DNA of 64,000 nucleotides from Isurus oxyrinchus (Eukaryota): NCBI GenBank assembly GCA_026770705.1, contig JANJGN010000041.1, positions 1,302,001 to 1,366,000 of the forward strand, read 5' to 3'. Shown piece by piece: positions 38,251 to 50,779 of this stretch (position 1 is its first letter; each line of letters starts with the position of its first letter). The notes under the pieces were generated by a model. It saw only the letters and a program-made list of their open reading frames with translations, ran no database searches and was not told where the DNA came from. The position numbers and the translations under genes were made by a program.

Positions 38251-39869
38251 TTTCTATTCTATCGCCTAAAACATGATGCCTTTGGTTTGGAATTTTTCAA
38301 TTCCCTGTAAACATATAGGTCAACTTGTAGTGATTGATGGATTTTTACTCTCAACTCGCTGTTTACATCTACACCTTCGAGAGGGAAGAGGAAAGAAGAT
38401 GTGCTTCGTTTCCTTGTGTCACTGTGATCAGTTCTGGTCAGCAGGGACATTTAAGGGTATATGTGTTGAACGAGGGACCAGTAGTGAAAGGGGTGCTGCA
38501 GGGCAGCAGTTCGGCATGTGAATAGGAACACATGTACAAGCCAATTCCCTTAGCTGGTGAGGCAGGTTTCATGGCCCTTTCCTGTAGGCGATGTGGAAGC
38601 TTGAACTGAAGCGCCAGTTGAGCCCTCATTTAGTGGCAGGCGACATCTTCTTGAAAAGCATTTAATCCAGCTCCTCAAAGTGACATCACTTAAAATAGCG
38701 ATTGTTTGTGCTGCTATGCAATTTTGGGCGACTTTTAGAATTGTAATGGATGACATTAGTGGAGACTGTGTAAGTCCACAATAATTAAAATGCTATTATT
38801 TGTTGTTTCTGTAAAGGGTCCCACACTGAAGTGATGGGTTTGCATTTGGAGAGGTTTCTAAAGTTTATGGGCTAAAATTGGAGTGATGGTGTTCAGCCCA
38901 TATCAGACAACTGTCAGGTGCACGGAGGAACATGCTTGCAGTCCGAAATAGATTCCTCCTGTTCCAATCAATATCGATCTACGGTGGCTGCTTTGAAATA
39001 TGCTCACCTCCATTATGTTCAGTTCTAATGAAGAGTATCTGTGCACCAGTTATATCATTGTGACTCTGAGGTGCCCAAGATAAAATGTGGAAAGCTTTGT
39101 TCTTGGTTCCTGGATTTCTGGTGCTCTGCTAGCACAGATGCTGTTTAATTGAACTGAGAAACTATTATGTAGTTAGTAATTACATACACCCAATGAAGAT
39201 TTTCTCCACTTTGAGCATGATAAAGAGGCAGTCACCAAAGACAGGTACTTGTAAACCAACAAAAGGACGATATGTGTAATGAGTGAACAGGTGAAGGTTT
39301 AAAATAATTGCTAACGATTTATTAGATAACAGCCAATCTGCAGAGAAGAGGGTCTTTTAGCCCATTGAGCATCTCCTGGATCTTTGAAAATACTGCTGAA
39401 TACTACCCACTCAATCACTTCACTTTCCCATTGCTCTGTCGTCGTTTTAATTTCCGTTCAGATACCTCCGCAATGCCTAATTGGTGATACAACATTGCAC
39501 CTTCCTCCATTACCCTTTCAGGAATCACCTTACAGGTCACATGGACAGGTTGTGCAGAAATACTTTTCCCACATCTTCCATTGGGTAATCTGCCAATTAC
39601 CTTCAATGCGTTTCACGTGATCATCGCAAATCTCACACTGATTGTCACTATTGGAAGAAACACAGATATCTCCGTTGGGGCCATTATTGATCATATGGCA
39701 AGCAGCAGCGAAACAGATACCTGGTTATTAACTGGCTGATGAGTTTTGATGCTTGAAACATTAACGACAGTAACTCATTATATGTTCAGAGCTCTGGGAC
39801 AGCACAAAGACGGCAATGGCCTACAGGAATTTACACATTTCACACGTTCATTTTCTGCATGTTCCCTCA

Positions 39870-40940
39870 TCTCCCTCTCTCTCTCTCTCTGTTTGGCTCT
39901 CTGTGTGTGACGCTGTCCTTTTCTCTCCCTATCCCCTTCTTGCTCAGAGTCTCTTCCTCTCTACTACCTCTCCCTGTCACTCTCTCGATCTGCATCTCCC
40001 TCTCTGCGCTCTCTCCCTCTTCCTTCACTCACTCTCCAGCTCTCATTTTTTCGATGATTCTCTTTTCCTCTGTCTCGCTCCTTTCGTGTTCCACCATTTA
40101 TTTTATTCTTCTTGCTTCATCTTATTCCCCATCTTGCTTTCACGCTGTATCTCAGTCTCCCTCTTCACTTATAATTCACTTAGCCAGGATAGGTATATAT
40201 TTCTAATTTTAGCACTTTTTCTTTTTGATGCATATTTGCCTCTTAAACGGAACTGCGCTGTCAAGAGTCGCTATGCTCCCTGGCAGCGTTCAGCAAGGTC
40301 CGCGGAATGAGTTGCCCCTGAATATGAAGCAGCTTTTCACACTGCCCCTGATGGGTAAAACACAAACTGCAAATACTATCATGTACCATCATTTTAATGT
40401 GGTAATTATATTCAATTCTATGAGCGGAATAAATATACACTGATAAGTATACGTACTCAAATCTGTGACAATTTTAACGAGGCTATGAAAGTTTTATCAT
40501 TCAAGGGACGTGAGTGACGCTGATTCGGCCATTACATTTTATTCTGCATCTCTATTTAACCTTGAGAACCTGTTGGTCAACTGCCTTCCGGAACACTGCA
40601 GTACAACAGCCGTGAAGTTTAGGAATTTGCCGTCATGGGCCTGTAAAACGTCCGTGGTGGAATTTCCTGGCTCTGTTTTCAGCAACAGAAACAGTTTTCT
40701 TCATCGGGCCACTTTCTCTGTAAATAGGCCCAAAGAGTTTTTCACAATTATATGAGTTCACGCAGAGATACAGCCCCCTCCACACTTCTAGCCCCTATGT
40801 AAACTCTCATCCTCCACCAAACCGCAAAGAATCCAGTTTTCTCCCCCACACTGGTGCCTCTTGTCTTACCGAAATTGTTCCCCATTTCTTTTCCAACCCG
40901 CAGTGCTATTTATTTCCGCTTCCCAGAGCCTCGATCACAC
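39870..40940 (+). other. Paralogous block A' (inverted copy of 3255-4230), containing an exon-like remnant at 40250-40354
   Basis: See block A; the open 105-nt segment ends in G|gtaaaa. Confidence 0.8.
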
Positions 40941-41255
40941 TAATCTCACACTGTCTTAAGGTTGCATGGGCAAGGTGAACCGAATGGCCTGTTGTGCCGA
41001 AATCACTGCCAACATCCCTATTTCAATGCACCCCAATGTGGGCTTTAGCTGGAGTCTAACGTGGGGAGGGTAAAATTTTGAAGGTGTCAGAATGCATTGT
41101 GTCTACAAGACTTTGCATGTTCACTGGTTGAATTTTGTTTACCATGGATATTTGGAGCACTTTGCCAATCTGTTAAATATTTGCTTGTAACACAGATCTG
41201 ACCAGTTTAGGCAGTTGCCATTCTGTCTGATTTTATTGAACAAGGTGTGAGGATC

Positions 41256-41876
41256 TGTAATTAATGAACCAGCCCAGGATAGGATCCAGCTGCTCAAGGC
41301 CCGTGTGTGTGGACATTACTTGGACCGCCCACTCCTGTGTCTCCTAATTTCGCTCGTTCCAATCGGTAAACACCGCAGGCTGGGGCCGTGCTAACTTTGA
41401 CCAATGGGCGACAGGAGGCTCAGGTACAGGTCACGATCGTTTATTCGAGCAATTGCTAGGAGAGGACCATCTCAAGGCATCATGAGATAGCACGTGGACC
41501 AACTGCAAGCATGCAGCATAATTTACATATTACTGATCCTGTGAAAAAAAAATTCAAATCCAATGCTTGTCAGAATATATGTTATATCATGCATGCTCTT
41601 TCACCCCGTCAGAGATCTCTCCCCCTATCCTGGCTGGGACCATCTGTCCTTTCCTAATCGTTTGAAAAGAGCATTTGGTATATGTTGTTGTCATCCTCTG
41701 TTTCCAAAAAAGGCTCCCAAAGCCTTTCTGTTGTTTGCAGGCTCTAAAGCTGTGCAAGGTCCATCTGGTAACTTTAACTGTTAATGTGCTTGATAGTACT
41801 GGCTGCATGGTGATTTTGAGGAATTCATTCCCTTTCAATTCATTTTCGCTGCATTTCCCCTAATAATCCCTGCTTT
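41256..41876 (-). mobile_element. Degenerate PPT and 3' LTR (~610 bp) of the env-bearing retroelement
   Basis: Minus strand aaagcagggat|tattagggg...AATAAA (41440-41445)...attaattaca; homologous to 13988-14656. Confidence 0.7.
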
Positions 41877-42089
41877 CGGATCTGCACCTCGCCCAGGTTT
41901 TCCAAAATCACTTGTACTGTTCTTCCCTTTATGTACCGCAACCCATTGATACTGGCCTGACATCCACCTTTGCATGTAAAACGGCACTGGTCAGATCGGC
42001 TGTATCATCTGGCCCTTCACCTGAGGCCACGGAATTGCTAAACCTCTTCTCCACCTGTTTATACTCCCCAGCTCCTCTTTTGTAACACT

Positions 42090-43330
42090 TTAGTCATGAT
42101 GAATCACGTATGTTAAATATATAACTGGAATCAGCTGAGACAGAAGCAGGGCATGGGAAATAATCCGAATCCACAGGTGCATTTACACATTGGAGTCCCA
42201 ATTCTACCGTCAACACGAGGAGGAATCTATCTGCTCAATAAACTCTTTTGAGGATCTAAACTGATGCTGCAGTTTACAGTAAGTTCTGTAGAACTGCTGA
42301 GCTTGTCTCCGAATCGGTGTTGGTGCTGTGCTATTTATTGGAATTTTATACGAGAACTGATTCAAATACCGTGTCTGGTTACGGTTAAGGCTTTGCATGA
42401 CCTGAGAAGGAGTCGTTACTCGCTTGTATATTTCGATCAATTGTACCTTTCCCACGCTTGCTGGCTCCTGCAGGTATTGGTACGCCAATTCATTTTGTAT
42501 GGGGCACATCCTCGTGCTCCCATACTGGATCATTTGCTGCCACATGGTGATACAATATCTCCTTTTCCACATGTATGCAACATGGATCGATTCTTTTGCA
42601 TCCCATATAGTTTCAACTGTACAATTTTCAGTTGCTTTAAATCCACAATTTGCTTCCTCCATCTCAAATATGTATGTGTGCATAATAAAGCAGTGCTCTC
42701 GATATCACACTCTTGTAATGTTGTGCTAACTATATTAGCTTCTATGTCTACTGTCTATGGCAGAATGTCATGGTATCTAACATAACAGATTCCCCACATC
42801 ACTCCAATATTTTCTGCTCAGTAAAACCTTCTGCCTGGTGTTGACTTAGATATAACAGGCATTGTCTTATTGATATAAGACAATGCCTGTTAGCACATTA
42901 TTATTGACCAAACATTCAACATTCATTCTATAAACACGTGTTAGACCTCTGAGCTGGCAACCTGTCAAGTCATGATCTTTATTTCGTGAAAGATTAAATA
43001 TATGTTCATTAGTTACGCATAAAGTAACTACCTCTTCATTAATCTGTTTTAAATTCTCTCGGGCTTGTTCCAGTGTCCAGGGTCCATAGGTGCTGCAGAC
43101 AATGTTCTGCGTGCTTCACCTGAACTATGTTTTCCTATCCAGATCAGTTTATTGATATTCCCCGCATTCCCCTTCCAGCATCGTAGCTAGGCTATGAATT
43201 AACTGTATCATGACATGACCTGTATTAAACTGGGTGTTTTGAATTCACTGTCCCCATTTAAAATTTCCATAAGCATGGAGGTCAAAGACTGGTCATTCTG
43301 GTCGACAGTTTACAGGTCAGTAGAGTTAAC
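42090..43330 (-). mobile_element. Endogenous LTR-retroelement env remnant (~400 codons, with stops and frameshifts)
   Basis: VNSTDL*TVDQNDQSL..IVCSTYGPWTLEQARENLKQINE..GCQLRGLTRVY..GIVL..MPVI..AENIGVMWGICYVRYHD..ECDIESTALLC..CGFKATENCTVE..RYCIT..CPIQNE..IEQIDSS..HLWIRIISHALLLSQLI. Confidence 0.8.
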
Positions 43331-43334
43331 CCTG

Positions 43335-44900
43335 ATTCTTTTGCAATGAAGCATTCTGAAATTTCTCCCCATTTAAATAAAAAGTCGCCTTTTTATTCTT
43401 CCGAAGAAAATGTATAACCTCACAATTATCCATGTTAAACAATATCTAGCAAATTTTCTCCCATTCTCCTAACCTGTACATATCCATTTATAAATATTTA
43501 TATCTTAATTACAACTTACTTTCACACCTATGTTGGTTTCAGCTGCAATTTTGGATACAGTGCCTTCTAACCCTGAATCCAAGTCATTCATAAAGATTGT
43601 AAAAAATTTCCCCCAATGACCGAACCCTGTGGAAACACATTATTTACAGCTTAAAAAAAAACAGAATTACCTGGAAAAACTCAGCAGGTCTGGCAGCATC
43701 GGCGGAGAAGAAAAGAGTTGACGTTTCGAGTCTTCATGACCCTTCGACAGAATTCTGTCGAAGGGTCATGAAGACTCGAAACGTCAACTCCTTTCTTCTC
43801 CGCCGATGCTGCCAGACCTGCTGAGTTTTTCCAGGTAATTCTGTTTTTGTTTTGGATTTCCAGCATCCGCAGTTTTGTTTTGTCTTTATTTACAGCTTGT
43901 CATCCAAAAAAGACTCATTTATCCAGACCCTGTGCTTTCTGTTAGTTAGCCAATCCTCCATCAAAGCTAACATATTACCCATCACTCCGTGTGATCTTAC
44001 CTTGTGTATTAATCTTTTGTGCGGCTCCTTATCAAAGAGCTTCTGGAAGTCCAGAAATACAACATCCACAGGATCTCCATTATCCACTTTGTTTGTCACA
44101 TCTTCACAAATTACCCAAACATGGTTTATTCTTCATAAAACAATGCTGACTCTGCTGAATTGTATTTTCACTTTACAAATGCCCCATTAGTAATTCCTCA
44201 ATAATGGATTGCAAGAATTTCTCAAAGACTGACTTTAAACTGGTCCACAGTGTTCTACTTTCTGCCTGCCCCAAACTTTCTCAATAAGGAAGTCGTATTA
44301 GTATTATTCAAATCCACTGTAACTTTTTCCGGAATCCAGGGAATTTTGGAATATAATTACAACTGCATCCACTACCTACGCTGCCACATCGTTTAGGACC
44401 CTTGGATGTAGGACAACCGGCCATGCAGACTTCTCACATTTTGATCGAAATAGGTTGCTCAGTACCTTTTCTCTAGTTTTGGTAATTTTTCTCACTGTGC
44501 TCTACATGTTACGATTAGGGTGGCACTAGTTTCCTCCACCGTCAAAATTGAGGCAAAATATTTAGGCAAAAAATAAAGTCGCATTTCTGTGTTCACCACT
44601 GTTAACTCCCCAGTCCTGCACTCCATGGGACCAACATTCAATTGAACTACTCTATGTCCTTTTATATACTTGTAGAAGCATTTGATATCAGTTTTTACAT
44701 TTAATGATATTTTTCCTTTGGTCTTTATGATTTTTAGTAACCCTATCTTCATCTTTATATTGTTCCCAATCTTCCAGCTTGTCACTGACCTTTGCCATTT
44801 GGTATGCCTTAGTTTTGGATTTTCTGTCACCTTTAACTTCATTGTTTAGCCATAGATGATTTTTCCCCCTCTTACCATCTTTCTTCTTCATTGGAAAGAT
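43335..44900 (-). mobile_element. CR1 LINE ORF2 (RT) fragment
   Basis: ORF 43890-44099(-) VDNGDPVDVVFLDFQKLFDKEPHKRLIHKVRSHGVMGNMLALMEDWLTNRKHRV. Confidence 0.95.
43653..43885. mobile_element. Palindromic non-autonomous Penelope pLTR insertion with 13-bp TSD
   Basis: Arms of about 96 bp with no spacer, centred on gaattc (43750-43755), one mismatch; ttatttacagctt at 43640-43652 and 43886-43898. Confidence 0.9.
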
Positions 44901-45464
44901 TGTTTTCTTTAGTTTTGCGATTGTAATGCGGCATTGTTGATAATGGTATTTGGAGACATTTATGTGACTGAATGTGTTGTCCAAGTCGATTATCAGTTTG
45001 CACATTTAATGCAGCAAAGAGCTGAGGGTTTTAAGCCAGGTCGAGGGAAAATGTACCCTTGGCTCCAGGTCTGGCCAATCAGTTTTGACTTATTTTTCCA
45101 GTTTTTCTGCTCTTCCCGGTAAATTAGTGATGCTTTTGTTCCTGTTGCGAGGAAAGTGTTATCTTTCAAATTGTATTATTTGTTCCCCGAAGCAAATGGC
45201 AGCGAGCGAGTTCCTGGACGTCATATCTGACCCGATGTTAAGGGGATTTGCAAGTGAAATTTCCAAGTTTATTCGTCTGAAATACATGTGTACGTAAATT
45301 CAATGCGTTTCTATGTTTGTTTTTAATTCACAATGACATCTTTCTGCTTCACAGTGGCCTTTATCAATGATCCAACAGTAGATAGTTGTTGCAAGATGCA
45401 CTTTTATTACAGCCCTTCATGTTCAAATCTTTCTATCTATCCATCCAGCCATTATGTAACTAAA

Positions 45465-45753
45465 ACTTAAACATAAATACCTGGAAAAATTCTGCAAATC
45501 AGAGAGCATCAGTGGAGAGGAAGACAATTAAAGTTTCGAGTCCGTATGACAGTGATCACTGGCCTTAGATCCAGCTGTACCTGGCCCAAACCCCTCACTT
45601 AGAACACCTTATATTTCACCTCCTTTCTATTTTTCCATAGTTCTGTTAAAGGGTGAATGAGCTCGCAACGTTAACTGTCTTTCTCTCTGCAGATGCTCTC
45701 AGACCTGCTGAGATTCTCCAGATATTTTTGCTTTTCTTTTGTATGTCCAGCAT
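45465..45753. mobile_element. Older inverted pair of Penelope pLTR fragments
   Basis: cctggaaaaattctgca..tttcgagtccgtatgac followed by the opposite orientation ..aacgttaact..cagacctgctgag..tccagcat; runs into the gap. Confidence 0.7.
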
Positions 45754-46172
45754 NNNNNNNNNNNNNNNNNNNNNNNNNNNNNNNNNNNNNNNNNNNNNNN
45801 NNNNNNNNNNNNNNNNNNNNNNNNNNNNNNNNNNNNNNNNNNNNNNNNNNNNNNNNNNNNNNNNNNNNNNNNNNNNNNNNNNNNNNNNNNNNNNNNNNNN
45901 NNNNNNNNNNNNNNNNNNNNNNNNNNNNNNNNNNNNNNNNNNNNNNNNNNNNNNNNNNNNNNNNNNNNNNNNNNNNNNNNNNNNNNNNNNNNNNNNNNNN
46001 NNNNNNNNNNNNNNNNNNNNNNNNNNNNNNNNNNNNNNNNNNNNNNNNNNNNNNNNNNNNNNNNNNNNNNNNNNNNNNNNNNNNNNNNNNNNNNNNNNNN
46101 NNNNNNNNNNNNNNNNNNNNNNNNNNNNNNNNNNNNNNNNNNNNNNNNNNNNNNNNNNNNNNNNNNNNNNNN
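45754..46172. other. Assembly gap (419 N)
   Basis: Run of N. Confidence 1.
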
Positions 46173-46849
46173 TCTCTTGCTCTTTCAGTCATTCGCTCCA
46201 TTTGTCACGAGCAAATTTGTCTCTTGTGTACATCACTCTCTTCAAATCAATCTATCATTTGAATGCCTGTCTATCTGTGCATCTATGTGTCTGTCTAACT
46301 GCCTGTCGGTCTGTCTAACTATCTTGATCATTATTTCTCCTGGCAATTCGACATGAGAGTGTACGGCAAAATATATATATATATTGTGAGTGTGATATCA
46401 CGTGTGAGATTCGATCACGTCTATACTTTCACAATCGATTGCCAAATTCTGCAAAAATCTCTGTTCAGGCAGAATAGATTAAAATTGCCCGCGCTTCCTT
46501 GACATTAGGTTTCTTGACTCTGTTCTCCACAAATTCTGAAATCACTGGATGATTCCTCGATTTGGTTATGCAGAAGGTTTGTTATTTTGTTCACAATCAT
46601 GTTGTCAAACGTATCCTTTCACGTGGCGGGAATGTGGTTATATGGGCCACGAGTAATTGATCGATCCAAATTGCCCGTGATAAGGTGGAGGTGCATTACA
46701 TTCCTGAAATTGTTTCTTTCATCTGATTGACGTCAGTAGCATTCCCTCAGTACCTAGAATGAAGTCAGTCAGGCTCAGTGTGAATTCAGATGACTGAGGA
46801 CTCCAATTCTGGACCTACATGTGCTTCCACCGTGGGACACATTTTTTTT

Positions 46850-47480
46850 ACACTAACGAGTGCCCAGGTTGGTCCAATTCTCCTTGCCAGGCCTCAGCCC
46901 TTCCACCACTCTTTTGAGTCACGAAGCTGTGAAGCGTTTTTTGATTTGATGGACCGCGTTGTGCCATGCTGAGAGACTGGCAGCATTCTCCTGCCACTCA
47001 CTGATGTTAATGACTCCGTGCTTTAGGGAAACCTGGAGAGTAGCCATACAAATTTCTCCTTGGCAACCCCTTGGACGAGGACTGCTAAGTGGCAGATGCA
47101 GTTATGGACAGGCAACCCTTTCCTGACAAATGTGCCCGACGACCGTCATATATCTGCCACATTTGTGCACGAATTTCACTGGAGTCCAATACAGCTTTGC
47201 CCCGGTCCCCACTCCTACATCCCCAATCCTACATCGCCTGAAGCCAGCCTGTGAACCCCATATTAGAGCACGAGGTTTGCAGTGCGCTGGGTGTAGGCTT
47301 CATATGGCACAGCCACACCACGTTGCTTTTAGCAAGGTCGTATCAGGACCTCATGTACTGGGAACCAGATTGGCCTTGAGATTTCAGGCATTCTTTAGTG
47401 GAGCTTCCTGTGCTCACCAAGTGTGGCATTTTGGTACATAGGCATATTCCACATGAACTGCAAGACCTACCCAGGGAACC
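46850..47480 (-). mobile_element. Decayed RTE-clade LINE C-terminal fragment
   Basis: The minus strand reads RPRGCQGEICMATLQVSLKHGVINISEWQENAASLSAWHNAV, resembling RTE RPRGGQRKRFKDTLKASLK...WE.LA..R..WR. Confidence 0.5.
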
Positions 47481-48695
47481 GGGCCTCTAATGAACATATT
47501 TCCGAAAGCAGGCATGCAGCACTTTGCAAGATTATCGGTTTTGCGGATTTTGCCCTGCCTACAACAGTTGGAAATGGTTCACCGGCAGTGAGGGTGGAAA
47601 TTTTCATTGGCTTTCTATGAGGCTGAAAGAATATGCAAGTCCTGCACTGACATCAAAGTGAATTAAAGCAAACTGCTTGGCAGGCCTTGATCTACCATCT
47701 GAGGATTTGCAGAACTCAGTGAGTGAAGCCTGTCATGTGCTGAACTTGTTTTTGTCAGGCGGTATTTAATTTGCCCATCCAGTTAGTGGCCTTGGAGTGC
47801 ATGCTGCCCAATTATCAAAACTTCCGCAATGAACAGAGGGGTGCGTTATTCAAAGTGGCTCTGGTATCTTGGAGCACATGACCAGCAACGGTTTTTAACA
47901 GCATCTCTATCCTCAGTTATATTGTCAATTGAAAACATTCTGAGTTTGCAGCAAAGCGCTCGCACGCAGCTGACTTCCTCCGTGTACTGACATATGAAAG
48001 GCCATTGGTCCGTGAATACGACTTCCCTCTGTAGCTACCCAGTAGCATCTCTGCAAGGTTTTATACTTGGCTCTTTGAAAAGGCTGCCAGTGGTCCTGAA
48101 ATGAATGTGTAATCCTGTGTCAAGCTCTTTGACCGCATTCTTAGACAAACATCGACAAATATATGACAAACAGAGCTGGAGATATTAAACAGCCTTAAAT
48201 GGTGCCACAAGTGGCATGAAATGGGTTCACACTGAGGAACCACTTGTGCATCGCTCTGATTATGAGGCCATCGTCATGAAGTGAATGACACTGATCATCT
48301 GCTCAGGGCTGTTGCATATTCATGGCTGAGTTGGATGCTTTACTGACCAATAAGGGAGACTAGGATCATGAGGATGCATGTGTGTGCTGTGAGGGAGGTG
48401 ACTGAGCGGGCCAGCGGAAGTTGCTGGTTGGGGGAGAGCAGGCAGGATAGCGGGGCTGAGGCCACGTTCGGATAAACCATGAATTTTCCGATGTGCAGAA
48501 CAGGCTCAATGAGCTGACATTTAACTATTCTGTTTTAGGGGTTTGTTGAAATGCAGCCCACACCAAAACAGCAGGCGCCATTGATTGGGTTTCATTGTAA
48601 TCAGAGTTTCCATCTGTCCAAATAATACATTTCAGGGCGAGGCGATTTCAGTGCGGAATGCCTTCCCAGCGATGTGCTATATATATCCCATTATT

Positions 48696-49384
48696 TTATT
48701 CAAAACATTGTTTTTCATTCACTTCAAGCATCACTCTGGATGGAGTATGTGTGTGGGAGGATTGGATGGCACGGGGAAGCGTTACTGAGGCTGGATAGGG
48801 CTGGATTGTCTTGAACGCATTATGTTGAAATATTTCGGTTGGGAATACAAAAGCCTTCTCCATACACTTTCTATTGCACATCAGGTCACCACCAATACCA
48901 ACCTCCCAGGCCCTACGGTTGTGTTTATAATTTCCAGTCATAATGGTGTAGATTAATGTGCAACGAAAGCGAATGCCAGTCAAGTCACCGACCAAAGTGT
49001 CAGTGCCACAGGAATCCACAAAGCGATTTGGGCAGTGTATGAGTTCCATCTGGAAGCTTAAATGTCAAGGACAAACATCACACATGTGCCCCGTTGGAAC
49101 ATGGAATGTGTCCCGAAACACATGACAGTGGTGGACATCTGAAATTTCCCCCATTACCTCTGCTGGCAAATCAGGCCAATTGAGTTTCTTAAAATTATTT
49201 TGATCTAAATTAGTAACGATTTGATTCCCAACATCGCTATTCAGGTCAATCACTTCCCGCCGTGACTGTCCAATACGGCTCGTTAAAATATAACCCCTTC
49301 AGATTTTTGACCGCACACATCATTCCAAAGTTCGACTTTTCACTTCGATAAGGTTCCTTTCAGAAGGAGAGTGACTGACGTAAC
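48696..49384 (-). pseudogene. Putative terminal-exon pseudogene, possibly aerolysin/natterin-like
   Basis: One reading frame of ~230 codons broken by 3 TGA; cag acceptor at 49385-49387; AATAAA overlaps the stop. The family call rests on weak motif resemblance. Confidence 0.3.
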
Positions 49385-50168
49385 CTGTTTGTTCAATGAC
49401 TGAAATTAATTAATTTCTTTAGGGGACATGAATGTACTCATGGGGATTTATCTGCTGTCTACATAACTGTTTCTCTGAATGTCACATTTCTTGTTTCGCA
49501 AAAGGTTCAGTGCAACTGTTTCGACAGGAGTTAACTCTTCTAACAGTGGGTATAATTTGTTGTACTTCTTCAGATACCAGGGCCATTTAGAGACACATTC
49601 TCGAACCTCTCGTTTTCCGACTAACAATGTAAATTTCTGTCTTTATTTCCATTCATGGATGAGGGCAACACTGGCAAGGCCAGCATTTATTGCTCATCTC
49701 TAATTCCACTTGTGAAGCAGGTGGTGAGCTGCTGCGGTCCTTGTGCTGTAGTTACATCCACGGTATTAGTCATTTGACACAGGGACAGTGAAGGAACGGC
49801 GACATTTTTACCAAATCCGGACGATGAGTGGCTTGTAGAGGAACATTCAGCGATTGGCTTTCCCATGTTCATGTTGCCTTTGTCTTTCCACATCGTAGCG
49901 GTCGTGGTTTTGATTAGTTAACTAATGGGCTGCATTTTAGGTAAAGGTAGCAACTTTTCTCTGATCCCTGTTGCGAATGCTACCTTGTCAGTTTCAACAT
50001 GATGCTCTAGAACAATTAACATGGCATCTCTTCCGAATCTCTTGTGTTTGTAACGTGTTTCCCTTATTTCCCTGCGATGAATTTAAAAAGAGGATTTCTA
50101 CGTTTCAGCTCCCAAGTTCATTCCATCTTGTGCATCCATCTCTCCAGGAAAGACATCTCCTCTTAAAG

Positions 50169-50238
50169 ATGGGAGAACTGATACTTCATCAGATAGAAGC
50201 CATTTATTATCCTATTCTCGCGGCTATTGGCGTTCCTG
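50169..50238 (+). CDS. GPR139-like GPCR, exon 1
   Basis: ATG in the context aagATGG; MGELILHQIEAIYYPILAAIGVP + G|gtaag donor; phase 1 matches exon 2. Confidence 0.9.
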
Positions 50239-50779
50239 GTAAGAACCTAAACACAACCATTACCTGTATAAATTAATGTTGACGTTCTTCTCAAAGGACG
50301 GTTCCAATAATATATGAATAGTTTATTTAATGTTGGGCAGTCATCGAAGAAGGGATGTATGTTTAACCATAATGTTAACAGGTTTCTTCCTGTTGGTCTA
50401 TCATTCACTCCGTGGTCCCCAAAACTGACACCGTATTCATGCTTTAGGGAATGCCTTGTGGGCTCTGCAATAATTATCAAAATCAAGTCCAAACCGAGTT
50501 TGAACTGGTAGAAAACACCATCTATTAAAATCTGCGCAGAGGCAAATTCGTGTTCTGAAAAATTATGCATGAAATACTTCAAGTCTTTGCCAGTGCTTTT
50601 CCTCCATTTTCCAATATTTAAAAGAAAGGGATCCCTGTCAAATCAAATAGTTATTGCCACAGCGATACTTGTACAAATCTGTAGGCAGAGACGATTTCTG
50701 GAAGTCCTGGTGAAAAAGGTTAGTGCGTGTGCTGAAGACATTTGATGTCTAAATAATTTGTCCGTTGAAATACATTCAT

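Noticed and set aside
45653-46356. Long ORFs in the track
   Set aside because: They span the N gap.
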